Below the pieces are notes generated by a model that saw only the letters and a program-made list of their open reading frames with translations, made no database searches and was not told the origin of the DNA. 42,265 nt of DNA from an uncultured Candidatus Saccharibacteria bacterium. Lineage in GTDB: Bacteria; Patescibacteriota; Minisyncoccia; UBA6257; 2-01-FULL-56-20. Of this stretch, positions 1-8,311 are shown piece by piece (the first letter of the stretch is position 1; every line of letters starts with the position of its first letter). The translations under genes were made by a program, and so were the position numbers. Location: NCBI GenBank assembly GCA_964363455.1, contig CAYIIM010000001.1, positions 1 through 42,265 on the forward strand. The letters run 5' to 3'.

Positions 1-753
1 CCATTTGGACTTGGGCATGCCTTCGCCGCTCGGATGAGGAGTTTGTCCACAGCTGGCGGGAGTCATGAGATTGAACCAGAATTCGACGGTCATCTGATCG
101 CAAGGGCCGAAGCTCAGACTCGGATCGGAGGGGATGCGCACCGCGTCGTACACTCCGTCTAACCGAATGGCATTGCCGGGGCAGGTGGTAACAGGCGTTG
201 TTCTTCTCTTTACCGATTTCAGTCGTTTGTGGTAGTAGCCAGAGGAGATACTGGACTTAACGATGCCTGTTGCTTCCTCTTCGGCATGAATCATAATATC
301 TACTTCGCCTTCACGGCCATAGTATAAGCCCACATGTGTGGTCGTCTGAGGAGTGCTGTTTCGCGTATCGAAAAACAGCAAGTCACCACGCTGAAAAGGA
401 CCTGTTAAAGGAACGTCGATCAAGGGAGGATGCGCTTCCTGTGCGCCAGACCCATGAGGAAGGATGAATGGGTCAAGGCTGTTCTTATGTGCCCACCAAG
501 TTAATCCAGAGCAATCGAACATGTCAGAACCTTTTCCATTCCAGCAATAGCATGTAATAGGCGGACATACGCGACAGTCCGGGCATTGGTAGGCATAATC
601 GGCACAGGCTGAACTGCTTCTGCAACATGCTGCCCTCTTGGTTGAAGCAATATCAACAGCGTCTTGTGCTTGAGAGGTGGAGAAGCACAAGGCGGACCCG
701 ACAGTTAGAAGAAGGAGTCTATTGATCAGGAACGAAAGGTTTGCCGAGGACAC
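1..753 (-). CDS. NlpC/P60-family peptidase with LamG/concanavalin-like C-terminal region, partial (3' end beyond the window edge)
   Basis: Not in the ORF track. My reverse-strand translation in the frame ending at base 1 is open for all 251 codons from GTG at 753. Signal-like N-terminus NRLLLLTVGSALCFSTSQA, catalytic Cys motif MFDCSGLTWWAH, His motif TTHVGLYYG, then LDGVYDAVRIPSDPSLSF...MTVEFWF. The start lies 4 nt after the stop of the upstream ORF. Confidence 0.6.
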   Translation of the reverse strand, partial: MSSANLSFLINRLLLLTVGSALCFSTSQAQDAVDIASTKRAACCRSSSACADYAYQCPDCRVCPPITCYCWNGKGSDMFDCSGLTWWAHKNSLDPFILPHGSGAQEAHPPLIDVPLTGPFQRGDLLFFDTRNSTPQTTTHVGLYYGREGEVDIMIHAEEEATGIVKSSISSGYYHKRLKSVKRRTTPVTTCPGNAIRLDGVYDAVRIPSDPSLSFGPCDQMTVEFWFNLMTPASCGQTPHPSGEGMPKSKW

Positions 754-756
754 AGT

Positions 757-1692
757 TCACTCCGCCAGTTTAATACTCGAAATTATTGCTTGGTAGTCGT
801 TATCGAATTGCGGCGTATAATCTCGGTGTGAGATAGAGACAATATCGTGCCCCACCGCGACTAGAATCCGCACGTACGGGCCCGCTCCATCAGCCGTCAC
901 AAGTCGCAACGCGGGAAAGCCATCGACAGTAACCTCCGTCACCGGGGATACAATTGAAGGATTCAGTGGTATTATATTTTCCTCAAACCATTGATTTATG
1001 GACAGACCGCCAGGATTCCTCCCCTGCCCCCGACTGACGGAGAAATAACTCTCATCAGAGGCAAGAGAATCGATAATCGGCGAAAACTCCGTCACATTGC
1101 TGAAAATGAGCCCCCCAAGATTTGTCCAGCTTGGCGGATAGTGAACAACGAGTCCATTTTCTGAATCGGTTAGGCTTGGCCATAATTCGAGTGTGAGAGG
1201 TAATGGCTTAGCAAACGTGCTGCTCCCCGCTCGTACGTGCAACGTTCCGTCGATCGTGTCCATCGGCGTGCCAGCCGGGACGTTTGCAACGATCTGAATC
1301 GTTCGGGCCGCACCCTTAGCCAACGCAGGCAAGGTGTGAGGTGACACGGTGAGATATGGAGCGAGTTCCGGTACGAACTCAAGCGACGTAGCCGGGATGG
1401 CGCTCTGCGCCGTCAAAATAATGGTGACTGTGTCGTTCCCGTCGAGACTCAAGTGGTCAGGCGTCCAGCTAATCGGCGGCGCTTTCGGTTTAGAACCGCC
1501 TGATTTGGGAGCCAAAGCGTCCTGCGCCCAAGGAGACTGAGCGACCGCAAACACGCCGCACACCACCGTCAGAATCAGGATGGCTGATAGAAGAGGTCGT
1601 TTCGTTTTCTGACGCATAGGGTCCATTGTCAGAGGTCTAGTCGAACTTGGATGTTCTAATTTTACCGTAAATCTTTGGGCATCGTCAAGCAC
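757..1692 (-). CDS. Secreted or membrane-anchored hypothetical protein
   Basis: 311-aa ORF. Basic stretch then hydrophobic segment RPLLSAILILTVVCGVFAVAQSPWAQ. The real start is probably an internal Met (1626 or 1617). Tightly coupled to the downstream NlpC/P60 gene. Confidence 0.5.
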   Translation of the reverse strand: MLDDAQRFTVKLEHPSSTRPLTMDPMRQKTKRPLLSAILILTVVCGVFAVAQSPWAQDALAPKSGGSKPKAPPISWTPDHLSLDGNDTVTIILTAQSAIPATSLEFVPELAPYLTVSPHTLPALAKGAARTIQIVANVPAGTPMDTIDGTLHVRAGSSTFAKPLPLTLELWPSLTDSENGLVVHYPPSWTNLGGLIFSNVTEFSPIIDSLASDESYFSVSRGQGRNPGGLSINQWFEENIIPLNPSIVSPVTEVTVDGFPALRLVTADGAGPYVRILVAVGHDIVSISHRDYTPQFDNDYQAIISSIKLAE

Positions 1693-1707
1693 TAATTTAG
1701 AAACTTG

Positions 1708-2574
1708 TCACAAGATCGCGTCGCATGACGGGATCTTGTGCGCCCAGGAGTTGGCGGGATTTTTCGAATCGAATCTTGATAGACTGGAAAACACGAATCC
1801 GTTCCAAGCGGTATGGAATTTGGCATCGCGCCCGACTTCGGCCGCGATCCGCTGAAGTGCGTTCTTGTGCGTGTCGTTTGTGGTGACGGTCAATACCCGC
1901 ACGTTCTTGAATCCGTCCGGTGCCCGCTTCCACCAATGAAAATACGCCCAGTACCTCTGCCTCATGCGCTCCAGCGAGACATTGCCCCGATCGAATTCGA
2001 GGAAGTGGTGAAGTCGGCGGCGGTCCGGAGTTTCGAGGACGAAATAGGCGTCGGGCTGGAGGTACTTACGCTTGCCGACTTCAAGCCGATGCTTGCGCCT
2101 GTTTAGGTGGCCGTCCCATTCGAAACGGATGCCTTTCCGCTCACACGCGATGCGCATGCAAACCATAAAGGTCGCTATTCCCAGTTGGTGATCGATGAAT
2201 GGCCAGCCAATCTGACGTTCTGGCGGCGGGGTCCATTCCAGATTGGCAATCCGCAATTCCGGGTCAAGATGCTGCAACAGCGCGGCGCCTTTCTTCCCTA
2301 ACCCGTAGACGATCTCCTCTGTCAGGACTTTGAGCGGTCTTGCCGCAATCGGGCGTTCAAGATAGAAGTGCTGCCATAATAACCGGCAACGTCTTGCCAG
2401 ATTCTCCTCCGATCCGGCAAAGAGCGCGTGAATGTGAGCCGGTTGCAGAAACCGGTGCATGAAAACAGCGCGAATGATCTCGATGTCTCGATCCTGAAGT
2501 CGGAAAGAGGGCGGATCACGGCGGCGTTGCCACCATGATCGAAGTTGTGTGAAAGGCTTTGGATTTGTCTGCAT
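1708..2574 (-). CDS. Replication-relaxation (Replic_Relax) family protein
   Basis: LQDRDIEIIRAVFMHRFLQPAHIHALF, LWQHFYLER, HQLGIATFMVCM, LQPDAYFVLE and HHFLEFDRGNVS match the family's wHTH plus PDA...E.DRG layout. I place the start at Met43 (ATG 2574). The track's 2700 start runs into the structured repeat region. Confidence 0.6.
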   Translation of the reverse strand: MQTNPKPFTQLRSWWQRRRDPPSFRLQDRDIEIIRAVFMHRFLQPAHIHALFAGSEENLARRCRLLWQHFYLERPIAARPLKVLTEEIVYGLGKKGAALLQHLDPELRIANLEWTPPPERQIGWPFIDHQLGIATFMVCMRIACERKGIRFEWDGHLNRRKHRLEVGKRKYLQPDAYFVLETPDRRRLHHFLEFDRGNVSLERMRQRYWAYFHWWKRAPDGFKNVRVLTVTTNDTHKNALQRIAAEVGRDAKFHTAWNGFVFSSLSRFDSKNPANSWAHKIPSCDAIL

Positions 2575-2647
2575 CGGGTCTCGATGCAGCAGTTTATCAC
2601 GCTTGAAGCCCGTCCCCTGAATTGACAGGGTTGCAGAAATGGCAGTC

Positions 2648-3012
2648 CGGGGAACAGACCGTGGCGGCGGGGCGTCAGCGTTCGAATCCGTGATCCGCAA
2701 CGCGAACCGATAGGTTCACTGACGCGCCGGCCGCCTTCACCTTTTTCGTCTGGAGCCTGTCGTCACGACACAGCGGAAGACCGAAGCCCATGAGGGCGTA
2801 GCCGACTCCCAGATGCGGACCATTCGGTCGCACTAACGGGAGTCGGGAAAAAGGTGAAGGCGGGCGGTGCCGCCTGGTGCCGAAGCCCGTGATTGCTGCG
2901 TTCGCAAGCAATTCACCCCTGCGTCCCTGTGAAGGGGTAAACGCAGGGGTGATTCGTCAGCGCGATAGCGCCGTCTCGGCACCTTCGCACCGCCGCCACG
3001 GTCTGTTCCCCG
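2648..3012. repeat. Nested inverted-repeat / highly structured ~365-nt element in a divergent intergenic region
   Basis: Perfect complementary arms: 2648-2670/2990-3012 (23 bp), 2731-2747/2847-2863 (17 bp), 2802-2810/2838-2846 (9 bp) and 2913-2924/2941-2952 (12 bp). Also local hairpins at 2672-2725 and ~2890-2910. Confidence 0.6.
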
Positions 3013-3179
3013 AGGCCGTCAACCATTTTTTGCGAAGGTTGACAAGTTATTAAAGCATTATCTACAATAAGGTTAGCATGGGGATTTGTCGGAGGCGATG
3101 GCAAAAACCGTTGTTTTTCCGACAATCTTTTTTATATAATGGGTGTTTTTCATTTTATGCACGAGGGAGGTGACTAGAG

Positions 3180-3383
3180 ATGCCTGAATTGACTGCCGAG
3201 GAACAACAGCGGCTCTTTTCCTCAATTGGATCGGTCTATGCAAACCGAGAGAATTGTGATCCGAGACAGGAGATAGCGCGTTGGTGGCAAGACGTCGAGG
3301 GAGCACTGTTCGATCGAGCGCTCCTATCAGATCGAGAAGAGATGGCATCTGCGTCCCAAGCGATGCACATCTTGATTCGATGA
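3180..3383 (+). CDS. Small hypothetical protein (67 aa)
   Basis: ATG preceded by GGGAGGTG about 8 nt upstream. Ends 13 nt before the next ORF. Confidence 0.4.
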   Translation: MPELTAEEQQRLFSSIGSVYANRENCDPRQEIARWWQDVEGALFDRALLSDREEMASASQAMHILIR

Positions 3384-3396
3384 TCGCGCTCAAAAG

Positions 3397-4605
3397 TTGT
3401 TTCATGAATCATACGGCGACGCTTCAGCGTCGCCGTTCTCCATAGAAGGGAACCTCGTGAGCGACCGCTATCGAATGATTGACTTTCCGAGTGAACGCTT
3501 TGACCAATTGGTCGCAGACCTTCTCAATCCGACGACAATAAATGACAAGCGGAATCGTTCATTTCGTAACATTCTGACATTGCTAAGTGCCCGTTTGAAT
3601 GCAAAGAGCGTTCTCGTTGAGGAAAACTACATCGATGTAGACTATTTGAGTATGTACTCTGGCTGGTACGCCGCTGCATTCAAGCCACATTCAGCGTTGA
3701 CGACCAGGCTCCATTTCTTCAAGAAAATTGGAGTGCGCTTAGAAGATGTTCGAGATGGTGCAATTGAACAATTGGGCTACTTAGGGTACGTCGTTGTCAC
3801 ACCACTTACTTGTGGGAGAATTGGCAGAACTCTTATCACGTCTTGGCAAGGCGCGATTGATATCGCCGGACAGCCTCATAAGCCGAGATTTCTTTCTGCC
3901 CGGTCAGTCGTCCACCTCTATGGCCGCCGATTCTCCGCTGAAGGCTCGCCATTCATCACTCAAGACGCACTGACGATAGCATGTGCCCAAGCTTCCATTT
4001 GGATGACAAGCAGATTTGTACATCTGAAGTATGGGAGGTATGGCGCGCCTAGGCACCTTCCACATGGCATAACGGAATCTGCTAGCCACAACCTGACATG
4101 GGCGGGGCGCCTGCTCCCCACAGACGGACTGACTGTGATTCAGGTCATAAACGCGTTCGTCAATCTCGGTCATTTCCCAGTCTATCATAGCTGGAAGTGC
4201 AAGGACCTTGCCGAACGAGAAAAGGCGCTATCTTGGATTGTCAGATACCTAGACTCGGACCTTCCGGTCATGTTAACTCTACCCGGCCCCCAGCATGCCG
4301 TGGTTGCAATTGGTCAACTGTCCGCAACTAAACGTAGGGTAGCAGTTCCGACGACCAAGAGGTTAGTCACGTCAGACGCTTGGGTAGGTGGTCTAGCAAT
4401 AAACGATGATGGCCCCGGGCCCTATCTCATAATGCCTCGGAATGTAGACGAGTATAACGCCTTAGAATCCGGTCCAGACTCGGACCGCGTGCCTCCGAAA
4501 ACCTTGCCCGGCTGGTGGAGGAGTTTTGAGGATGCCGAAGGGATGATTGTACCAGTTCCGCAAGAAGTATCGATCAACGCAAAGCACATCGACGATATCG
4601 AGTAG
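3397..4605 (+). CDS. Hypothetical protein with a possible papain-like Cys/His peptidase signature
   Basis: 402-aa ORF. QDALTIACAQASIWMTSRF (Gln...Cys) and PGPQHAVVAIGQ (His) resemble C39/papain-like catalytic motifs. Start uncertain (TTG 3397 or ATG 3475). Confidence 0.5.
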   Translation: MFHESYGDASASPFSIEGNLVSDRYRMIDFPSERFDQLVADLLNPTTINDKRNRSFRNILTLLSARLNAKSVLVEENYIDVDYLSMYSGWYAAAFKPHSALTTRLHFFKKIGVRLEDVRDGAIEQLGYLGYVVVTPLTCGRIGRTLITSWQGAIDIAGQPHKPRFLSARSVVHLYGRRFSAEGSPFITQDALTIACAQASIWMTSRFVHLKYGRYGAPRHLPHGITESASHNLTWAGRLLPTDGLTVIQVINAFVNLGHFPVYHSWKCKDLAEREKALSWIVRYLDSDLPVMLTLPGPQHAVVAIGQLSATKRRVAVPTTKRLVTSDAWVGGLAINDDGPGPYLIMPRNVDEYNALESGPDSDRVPPKTLPGWWRSFEDAEGMIVPVPQEVSINAKHIDDIE

Positions 4606-4747
4606 GAATTCGAAGAGTGTCCGATTTCCTAAGAAACTCCATTGATCTTATCAAGTAAGCTCGAGTGACAATTCGATCCGTAACATTCGCTCCGTCTAAT
4701 GCCGAAACGAAGTACACAAGCGATAGCCGCGACGAGTCCTCTGCAGC

Positions 4748-5296
4748 GTGCCGGTACCATCTGTACACTATAGGGTTGTTAACTGCCTTGGAATCCAAAG
4801 CCACCTCTACGATACCGGTTGCCGCATTTCTGAGGGATTGATGGTCGACTTCGCGAAGATCGACATGCGCAATCGTGAAGTCGCCGTGGAGGGAAAAGGA
4901 AACAAGCGAAGAGTGGTCTTTCTAGGCGGTTCGCTCGAATGGATTGAGCGGTATCAAGCCCAGGGCCATTCTGGTTTCACGAATCAGTATGGCCGCAGGC
5001 TCCGACGTCAGGACGCGCTCAATGCGATTAAGGGAATGGCTGTTTCGGCGGGGATCCAGAAGAGAGTCACGCCCCACACGCTTCGTCACACATTCGTCAC
5101 CTACCTGATTTGGGCGGGTGTCGATCCGCGCACTGTCCAGATGATGGCGGGTCACGACGACATTGACACAACGTTGCGATATTACTCGGCAGTGACACAT
5201 GATCGCATGAGGCAATCGCACAAACTCCTAATGCGTGCACTAGACGGTCGCGGGATTGACCTTCGGGTGCCTATCGGCACGGGGGCCCGGACTTAG
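4748..5296 (+). CDS. Tyrosine recombinase, catalytic domain only (N-terminal core-binding domain missing; likely truncated)
   Basis: LYDTGCRISEGL (catalytic Arg box), HTLRHTFVTYL, GHDDIDTTLRYY. There is an in-frame stop at 4724, and only ~140 nt separate this ORF from the preceding gene, so no room for the N-terminal domain. Confidence 0.7.
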   Translation: MPVPSVHYRVVNCLGIQSHLYDTGCRISEGLMVDFAKIDMRNREVAVEGKGNKRRVVFLGGSLEWIERYQAQGHSGFTNQYGRRLRRQDALNAIKGMAVSAGIQKRVTPHTLRHTFVTYLIWAGVDPRTVQMMAGHDDIDTTLRYYSAVTHDRMRQSHKLLMRALDGRGIDLRVPIGTGART

Positions 5297-5419
5297 GATC
5301 AGAGTTATCCCCATTTGCTGGTTGATGTGATCGGTGATAGGATCAGAATCGAAAGGGTATTCCTTCAATGGGATTCCTCTGAGGGCATGACAGAATCCCG
5401 CTTACGAATTGCCTAGAAA

Positions 5420-5448
5420 CATCCCCACGCAAGTGGGGGTGTTTTGTT
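5420..5448 (+). terminator. Intrinsic terminator at the compositional boundary
   Basis: Stem catccccac/gtgggggtg with GCAA loop, followed by ttttgtt. Confidence 0.6.
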
Positions 5449-5505
5449 ATAATTAACTTAATAAGAGTTCAGACTCGAAAGGTCGAGAGATGCTTATAAA
5501 TTGAA

Positions 5506-6039
5506 ATGATTAAAAAATTATTTTTAGTTTCGTTTATGGTTTTGGCTTTAGCCGGGGTGGCTCAGGTTCATGCGCAAGATGTTCCGGCTGGAGATACGCC
5601 TGTGGAAAATTCGGGCGATGTTAATATTTCGATCGATCTTGATGGTAAGGGAGATGGAGCCCAGATTGTAGTAGGCGCGGATGGCAAGTGTACGGTCAAC
5701 GGAGTGGAAGTGGATTGCGACGAAGCTGCGGAAAATTTCGGAAAGGGATTTGGCGCTTTTTTTGGAGCTGGAATCGCTTTTGTCCTCATTTTCTTTGTGG
5801 TCGGGATTTTAGCCTTTATTTTCTGGATTATGATGTTGGTTCACGCCATCAAATATCCGGTTGACAACAAGGTGTTGTGGATAATATTGATGGTGATAGC
5901 TGGGGTGCTTGGTTCGATTATTTATTATTTTGCGGTTAAAAGGCATTATGGAAAGATGGGAATGCCAATGAATAATGTCCCACCGAGTATGCCACCAAGT
6001 AATCCGCCGACGATGCCGCCAACGAACACGGGGCAGTAG
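5506..6039 (+). CDS. Membrane protein with PLDc_N-like C-terminal membrane motif and Pro-rich tail
   Basis: Signal peptide MIKKLFLVSFMVLALAGVAQVHA. FWIMMLVHAIKYPVDNKVLWIILMVIAGVLGSIIYYFAVKR resembles the cardiolipin-synthase N-terminal (PLDc_N) motif. Confidence 0.6.
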   Translation: MIKKLFLVSFMVLALAGVAQVHAQDVPAGDTPVENSGDVNISIDLDGKGDGAQIVVGADGKCTVNGVEVDCDEAAENFGKGFGAFFGAGIAFVLIFFVVGILAFIFWIMMLVHAIKYPVDNKVLWIILMVIAGVLGSIIYYFAVKRHYGKMGMPMNNVPPSMPPSNPPTMPPTNTGQ

Positions 6040-6048
6040 GAAGAAAAT

Positions 6049-6077
6049 AAAAATACCCCTTAAATAGGGGTATTTTT
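6049..6077. terminator. Bidirectional hairpin terminator
   Basis: aaaaatacccct / aggggtattttt arms with loop taaat; A-run before and T-run after. Confidence 0.6.
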
Positions 6078-6087
6078 ATTTTAGTAT

Positions 6088-6165
6088 TTAATTGCCGTCG
6101 TCGTCTTTGCCGGGGAAGTCTTTATCGATGCGTTCGGAGACTTTCATTTTGCGGAAGAGGAAGTT
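6088..6165 (-). pseudogene. Orphan 3' fragment of an mgtC-family gene (last ~25 codons)
   Basis: Encodes NFLFRKMKVSERIDKDFPGKDDDGN*, matching the C-terminus of the intact gene at 7324 (LFLFRKMKVSERIDKDFPGKDDDSS*). 6097-6156 equals 7333-7392 with 1 mismatch. Confidence 0.65.
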
Positions 6166-6216
6166 TTATTTAGCCACCAGGGTCTAGCCAATAGGGTAAA
6201 AAAAGCAAAAATCACC

Positions 6217-6531
6217 TTAACGTCGGTTTCCAGCTTGCTCAACTAAGCCAATCTTTTTGTGAAACACTTGGGCAATTTTATTAAGAGTTACGATAGATAA
6301 GCCATGGGAACCGGATTCGATTCGAGCTATAACGGATTGGGGCATGTCGGCTTTCTCGGCCACTTCTTTTTGAGTCATCTTCCTTTTTTGGCGCAAGGTT
6401 TTGATTTCGTGGGCTAGTTGGAGTCGTCCCATTTCTTCGGAGAATGATTTTCTGAAGCGTTCACTTTTAAGCTTTTTAACGATGATTTTATCGAGAGGAG
6501 TGAAATTGTATTTTTTGGTTTGTTTTTTCAT
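6217..6531 (-). CDS. XRE-family HTH antitoxin (HigA-like)
   Basis: MTQKEVAEKADMPQSVIARIESGSHGLSIVTLNKIAQVF is a classic Cro/C1 HTH. There is a 4-nt ATGA overlap with the upstream toxin gene. Confidence 0.75.
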   Translation of the reverse strand: MKKQTKKYNFTPLDKIIVKKLKSERFRKSFSEEMGRLQLAHEIKTLRQKRKMTQKEVAEKADMPQSVIARIESGSHGLSIVTLNKIAQVFHKKIGLVEQAGNRR

Positions 6532-6836
6532 TTTAGAAAAGTTTGTGTTTTTAGACCTTTATAAATTTTCTCGGCTTTTTCAATGATTCGTTTAGGTGTT
6601 TTCTGGCTTTGCTTTTTGAAGGCGTCTACTATATAGATAGTTCCACCTATGTTGAAAAATATTATTCTATACTGCCGGACAACTATTTCTTTGATTTTAT
6701 CTTTGAGAGTTTTGATTAAGAGTCCTTCGGTGTGACTTTCTTCGAGAGATTTTAGGTGAGCGAGGATTTTGGCAGAATCATCATCTTTTAACCTATCGAG
6801 AAACTTGCGAACATCTTCAAGAATTCTTACGTCCAT
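6528..6836 (-). CDS. RelE/ParE-superfamily toxin (HigB/Gp49-like)
   Basis: 102 aa. YRIIFFNIGGTIYIVDAFKKQSQKTPKRIIEKAEKIY matches the Gp49/HigB C-terminal pattern. Toxin-first gene order. Confidence 0.7.
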   Translation of the reverse strand: MDVRILEDVRKFLDRLKDDDSAKILAHLKSLEESHTEGLLIKTLKDKIKEIVVRQYRIIFFNIGGTIYIVDAFKKQSQKTPKRIIEKAEKIYKGLKTQTFLK

Positions 6837-6985
6837 GAATTTATACGGTATTCAGTTTTTATTGTTTCACTATTAGTATAGCAAAATTGCTATACCTGTC
6901 AAATGTGTGGGCGTGAGTTATGCTGGGCCGATTTGGGCGAAGAGGAGGTGGAGATTCTATATTAAGCACTAGCCACTAGGTTTTT

Positions 6986-7303
6986 TTATTCAAAAAAACT
7001 TTTAATTGCGAATATAAGAGCGATTATAACTGGTGAAAGAAAGGCTAATATTATCGTTATTATTTTTTGTTTTTTAGAAACCAGGTATAGCTCTGTTTTT
7101 CTTAAGTATACTCTTGCCCCAAGGTAACTTGCTGCTATCCAAGTCAGTATTATGGCTATTCCAGAAATTACTAGTCGCTCTGGTTGATTACCCAACGCAT
7201 TCATGAAGGTTGAAAATCCTAGGAACACTAGAAGATTAAATCCTATAATCCCCATAATTAGGATATAAACTATCGCGAGTGGCAGGTTTTGTCTTTTGTC
7301 CAT
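6986..7303 (-). CDS. Small membrane protein (3 predicted TM segments)
   Basis: From Met62 of the track ORF: MDKRQNLPLAIVYILIMGIIGFNLLVFLGF... The track's N-terminal extension overlaps mgtC in another frame. Confidence 0.5.
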   Translation of the reverse strand: MDKRQNLPLAIVYILIMGIIGFNLLVFLGFSTFMNALGNQPERLVISGIAIILTWIAASYLGARVYLRKTELYLVSKKQKIITIILAFLSPVIIALIFAIKSFFE

Positions 7304-7323
7304 TATTGGCTGGTAGCTAAATT

Positions 7324-7818
7324 CTAGCTTGAGTCGTCGTCTTTGCCGGGGAAGTCTTTGTCGATGCGTTCGGAGACTTTCATTTTGCGGAACAAGAATA
7401 GGAGACCAGAGATGATGATGGCGGAGACAACTGCAAATTGGACGAGGCCGATGCCGACTAACACACCGATGGCGGAGGTCATCCAAATGTCGGCGGCGGT
7501 GGTAAGCCCATGAACGTGATTCTTGTTTTTAATGATAATGCCGGCGCCTAAGAAACCAATACCAACAACGATGTTGGCGATGATGTTTAGGAATCCAGCG
7601 TTTTGAACGGTGATGGCCTGGGCGAAGTTGGTGACGTCTTTGCCGATTAAAAATGGCAGAGCCAAAGCAATCATTGAGAAGATGGCGGCGCCACCGGCAA
7701 CTAACATAGAAGTGCGGATACCGGCTTCTTTGCCGGCGAATTCGCGTTCAACGCCGATAAGGGCACCGAGGGCAAGGGCGACGATGAGGTTAATAAGCAT
7801 TTGCTCGAAGGTAAGCAT
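7324..7818 (-). CDS. MgtC/SapB family membrane protein
   Basis: LINLIVALALGALIGVEREFAGKEAGIRTSMLVAGGAAIF is the MgtC signature. Start taken at ATG 7818. Confidence 0.8.
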   Translation of the reverse strand: MLTFEQMLINLIVALALGALIGVEREFAGKEAGIRTSMLVAGGAAIFSMIALALPFLIGKDVTNFAQAITVQNAGFLNIIANIVVGIGFLGAGIIIKNKNHVHGLTTAADIWMTSAIGVLVGIGLVQFAVVSAIIISGLLFLFRKMKVSERIDKDFPGKDDDSS

Positions 7819-7876
7819 TTGTGTAATAATTTTACACAATAGGCTACCAGAATACAAATTGTGTACAAATATACAA

Positions 7877-8269
7877 ATGAATCTTGGTAAAGAAGAGGAG
7901 GTAGCATATCCAGAGTTAAGTTATAAGGTTGTAGGTGCGCTTTTTGAAGTTTGGAATAACATAGGGGGTGGTCATAAAGAGAAGTTTTATCAGCGAGCTG
8001 TGGCTCAAGAGTTAAAGACATCAGGAGTTGTTTTTCAGGAACAGCTACCAGCCAAAGTTGAATATAAGGGAAAGTTTATAGGGATTTATTATTTTGATTT
8101 TTTGATTGAAGACAGAGTTGTTTTAGAAATCAAAGTTAGAAATTACTTTTCCAAAAAAGACATCGAACAAATTTACTCTTACTTAAAAGCGAAAAATCTA
8201 AAATTAGGTATAATAGCTCATTTTACGAAGACCGGAGTTAAGTTTAAGAGGGTTTTGAATTTGAGGTAA
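7877..8269 (+). CDS. GxxExxY protein (PD-(D/E)XK-like)
   Basis: ELSYKVVGALFEVWNNIGGGHKEKFYQRAVAQEL...FDFLIEDRVVLEIKV...LGIIAHF. Start at ATG 7877; the track's upstream extension is antisense to mgtC. Confidence 0.8.
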   Translation: MNLGKEEEVAYPELSYKVVGALFEVWNNIGGGHKEKFYQRAVAQELKTSGVVFQEQLPAKVEYKGKFIGIYYFDFLIEDRVVLEIKVRNYFSKKDIEQIYSYLKAKNLKLGIIAHFTKTGVKFKRVLNLR

Positions 8270-8311
8270 TTATTTGTATATTTGTAGTAATTAGTATTAT
8301 GTAGCCAAACC

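Larger units (their letters stand above)
1..5300. mobile_element. GC-rich segment with mobile-element gene content; either an integrated element remnant or an assembly junction
   Basis: Composition is visibly higher in GC than everything right of ~5.45 kb. Contains a replication-relaxation family gene and a truncated tyrosine recombinase at the right edge. No tRNA or clear att repeat seen at the boundary. Confidence 0.4.

Noticed and set aside
2672-2700. tRNA/tmRNA-like string ggggcgtcagcgttcgaatccgtg, which resembles a T-loop or a tmRNA 5' end
   Set aside because: The bases flanking TTCGAAT do not form a T-stem. There is no acceptor stem, CCA context or tag ORF. It is part of the nested inverted-repeat element.
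2675-3405. Track ORFs 2675-2911(-), 2913-3125(-) and 3073-3405(-)
   Set aside because: They lie inside the GC-rich nested-repeat intergenic region, have no RBS or recognisable motifs, and overlap the better-supported 3180 plus-strand ORF. They are likely artefacts of composition.
4574-4804. 76-aa minus-strand ORF between the 402-aa gene and the integrase fragment
   Set aside because: It overlaps the ends of two better-supported plus-strand ORFs and has no RBS or motif.
7304-7486. N-terminal extension of track ORF 6986-7486
   Set aside because: The extension overlaps the mgtC 3' end in another frame and is Arg/His-rich nonsense. A membrane protein starting at Met62 (7303) is coherent.
7610-7876. 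N-terminal extension of track ORF 7610-8269
   Set aside because: It is antisense to the MgtC-family gene. The GxxExxY homology begins at ATG 7877.
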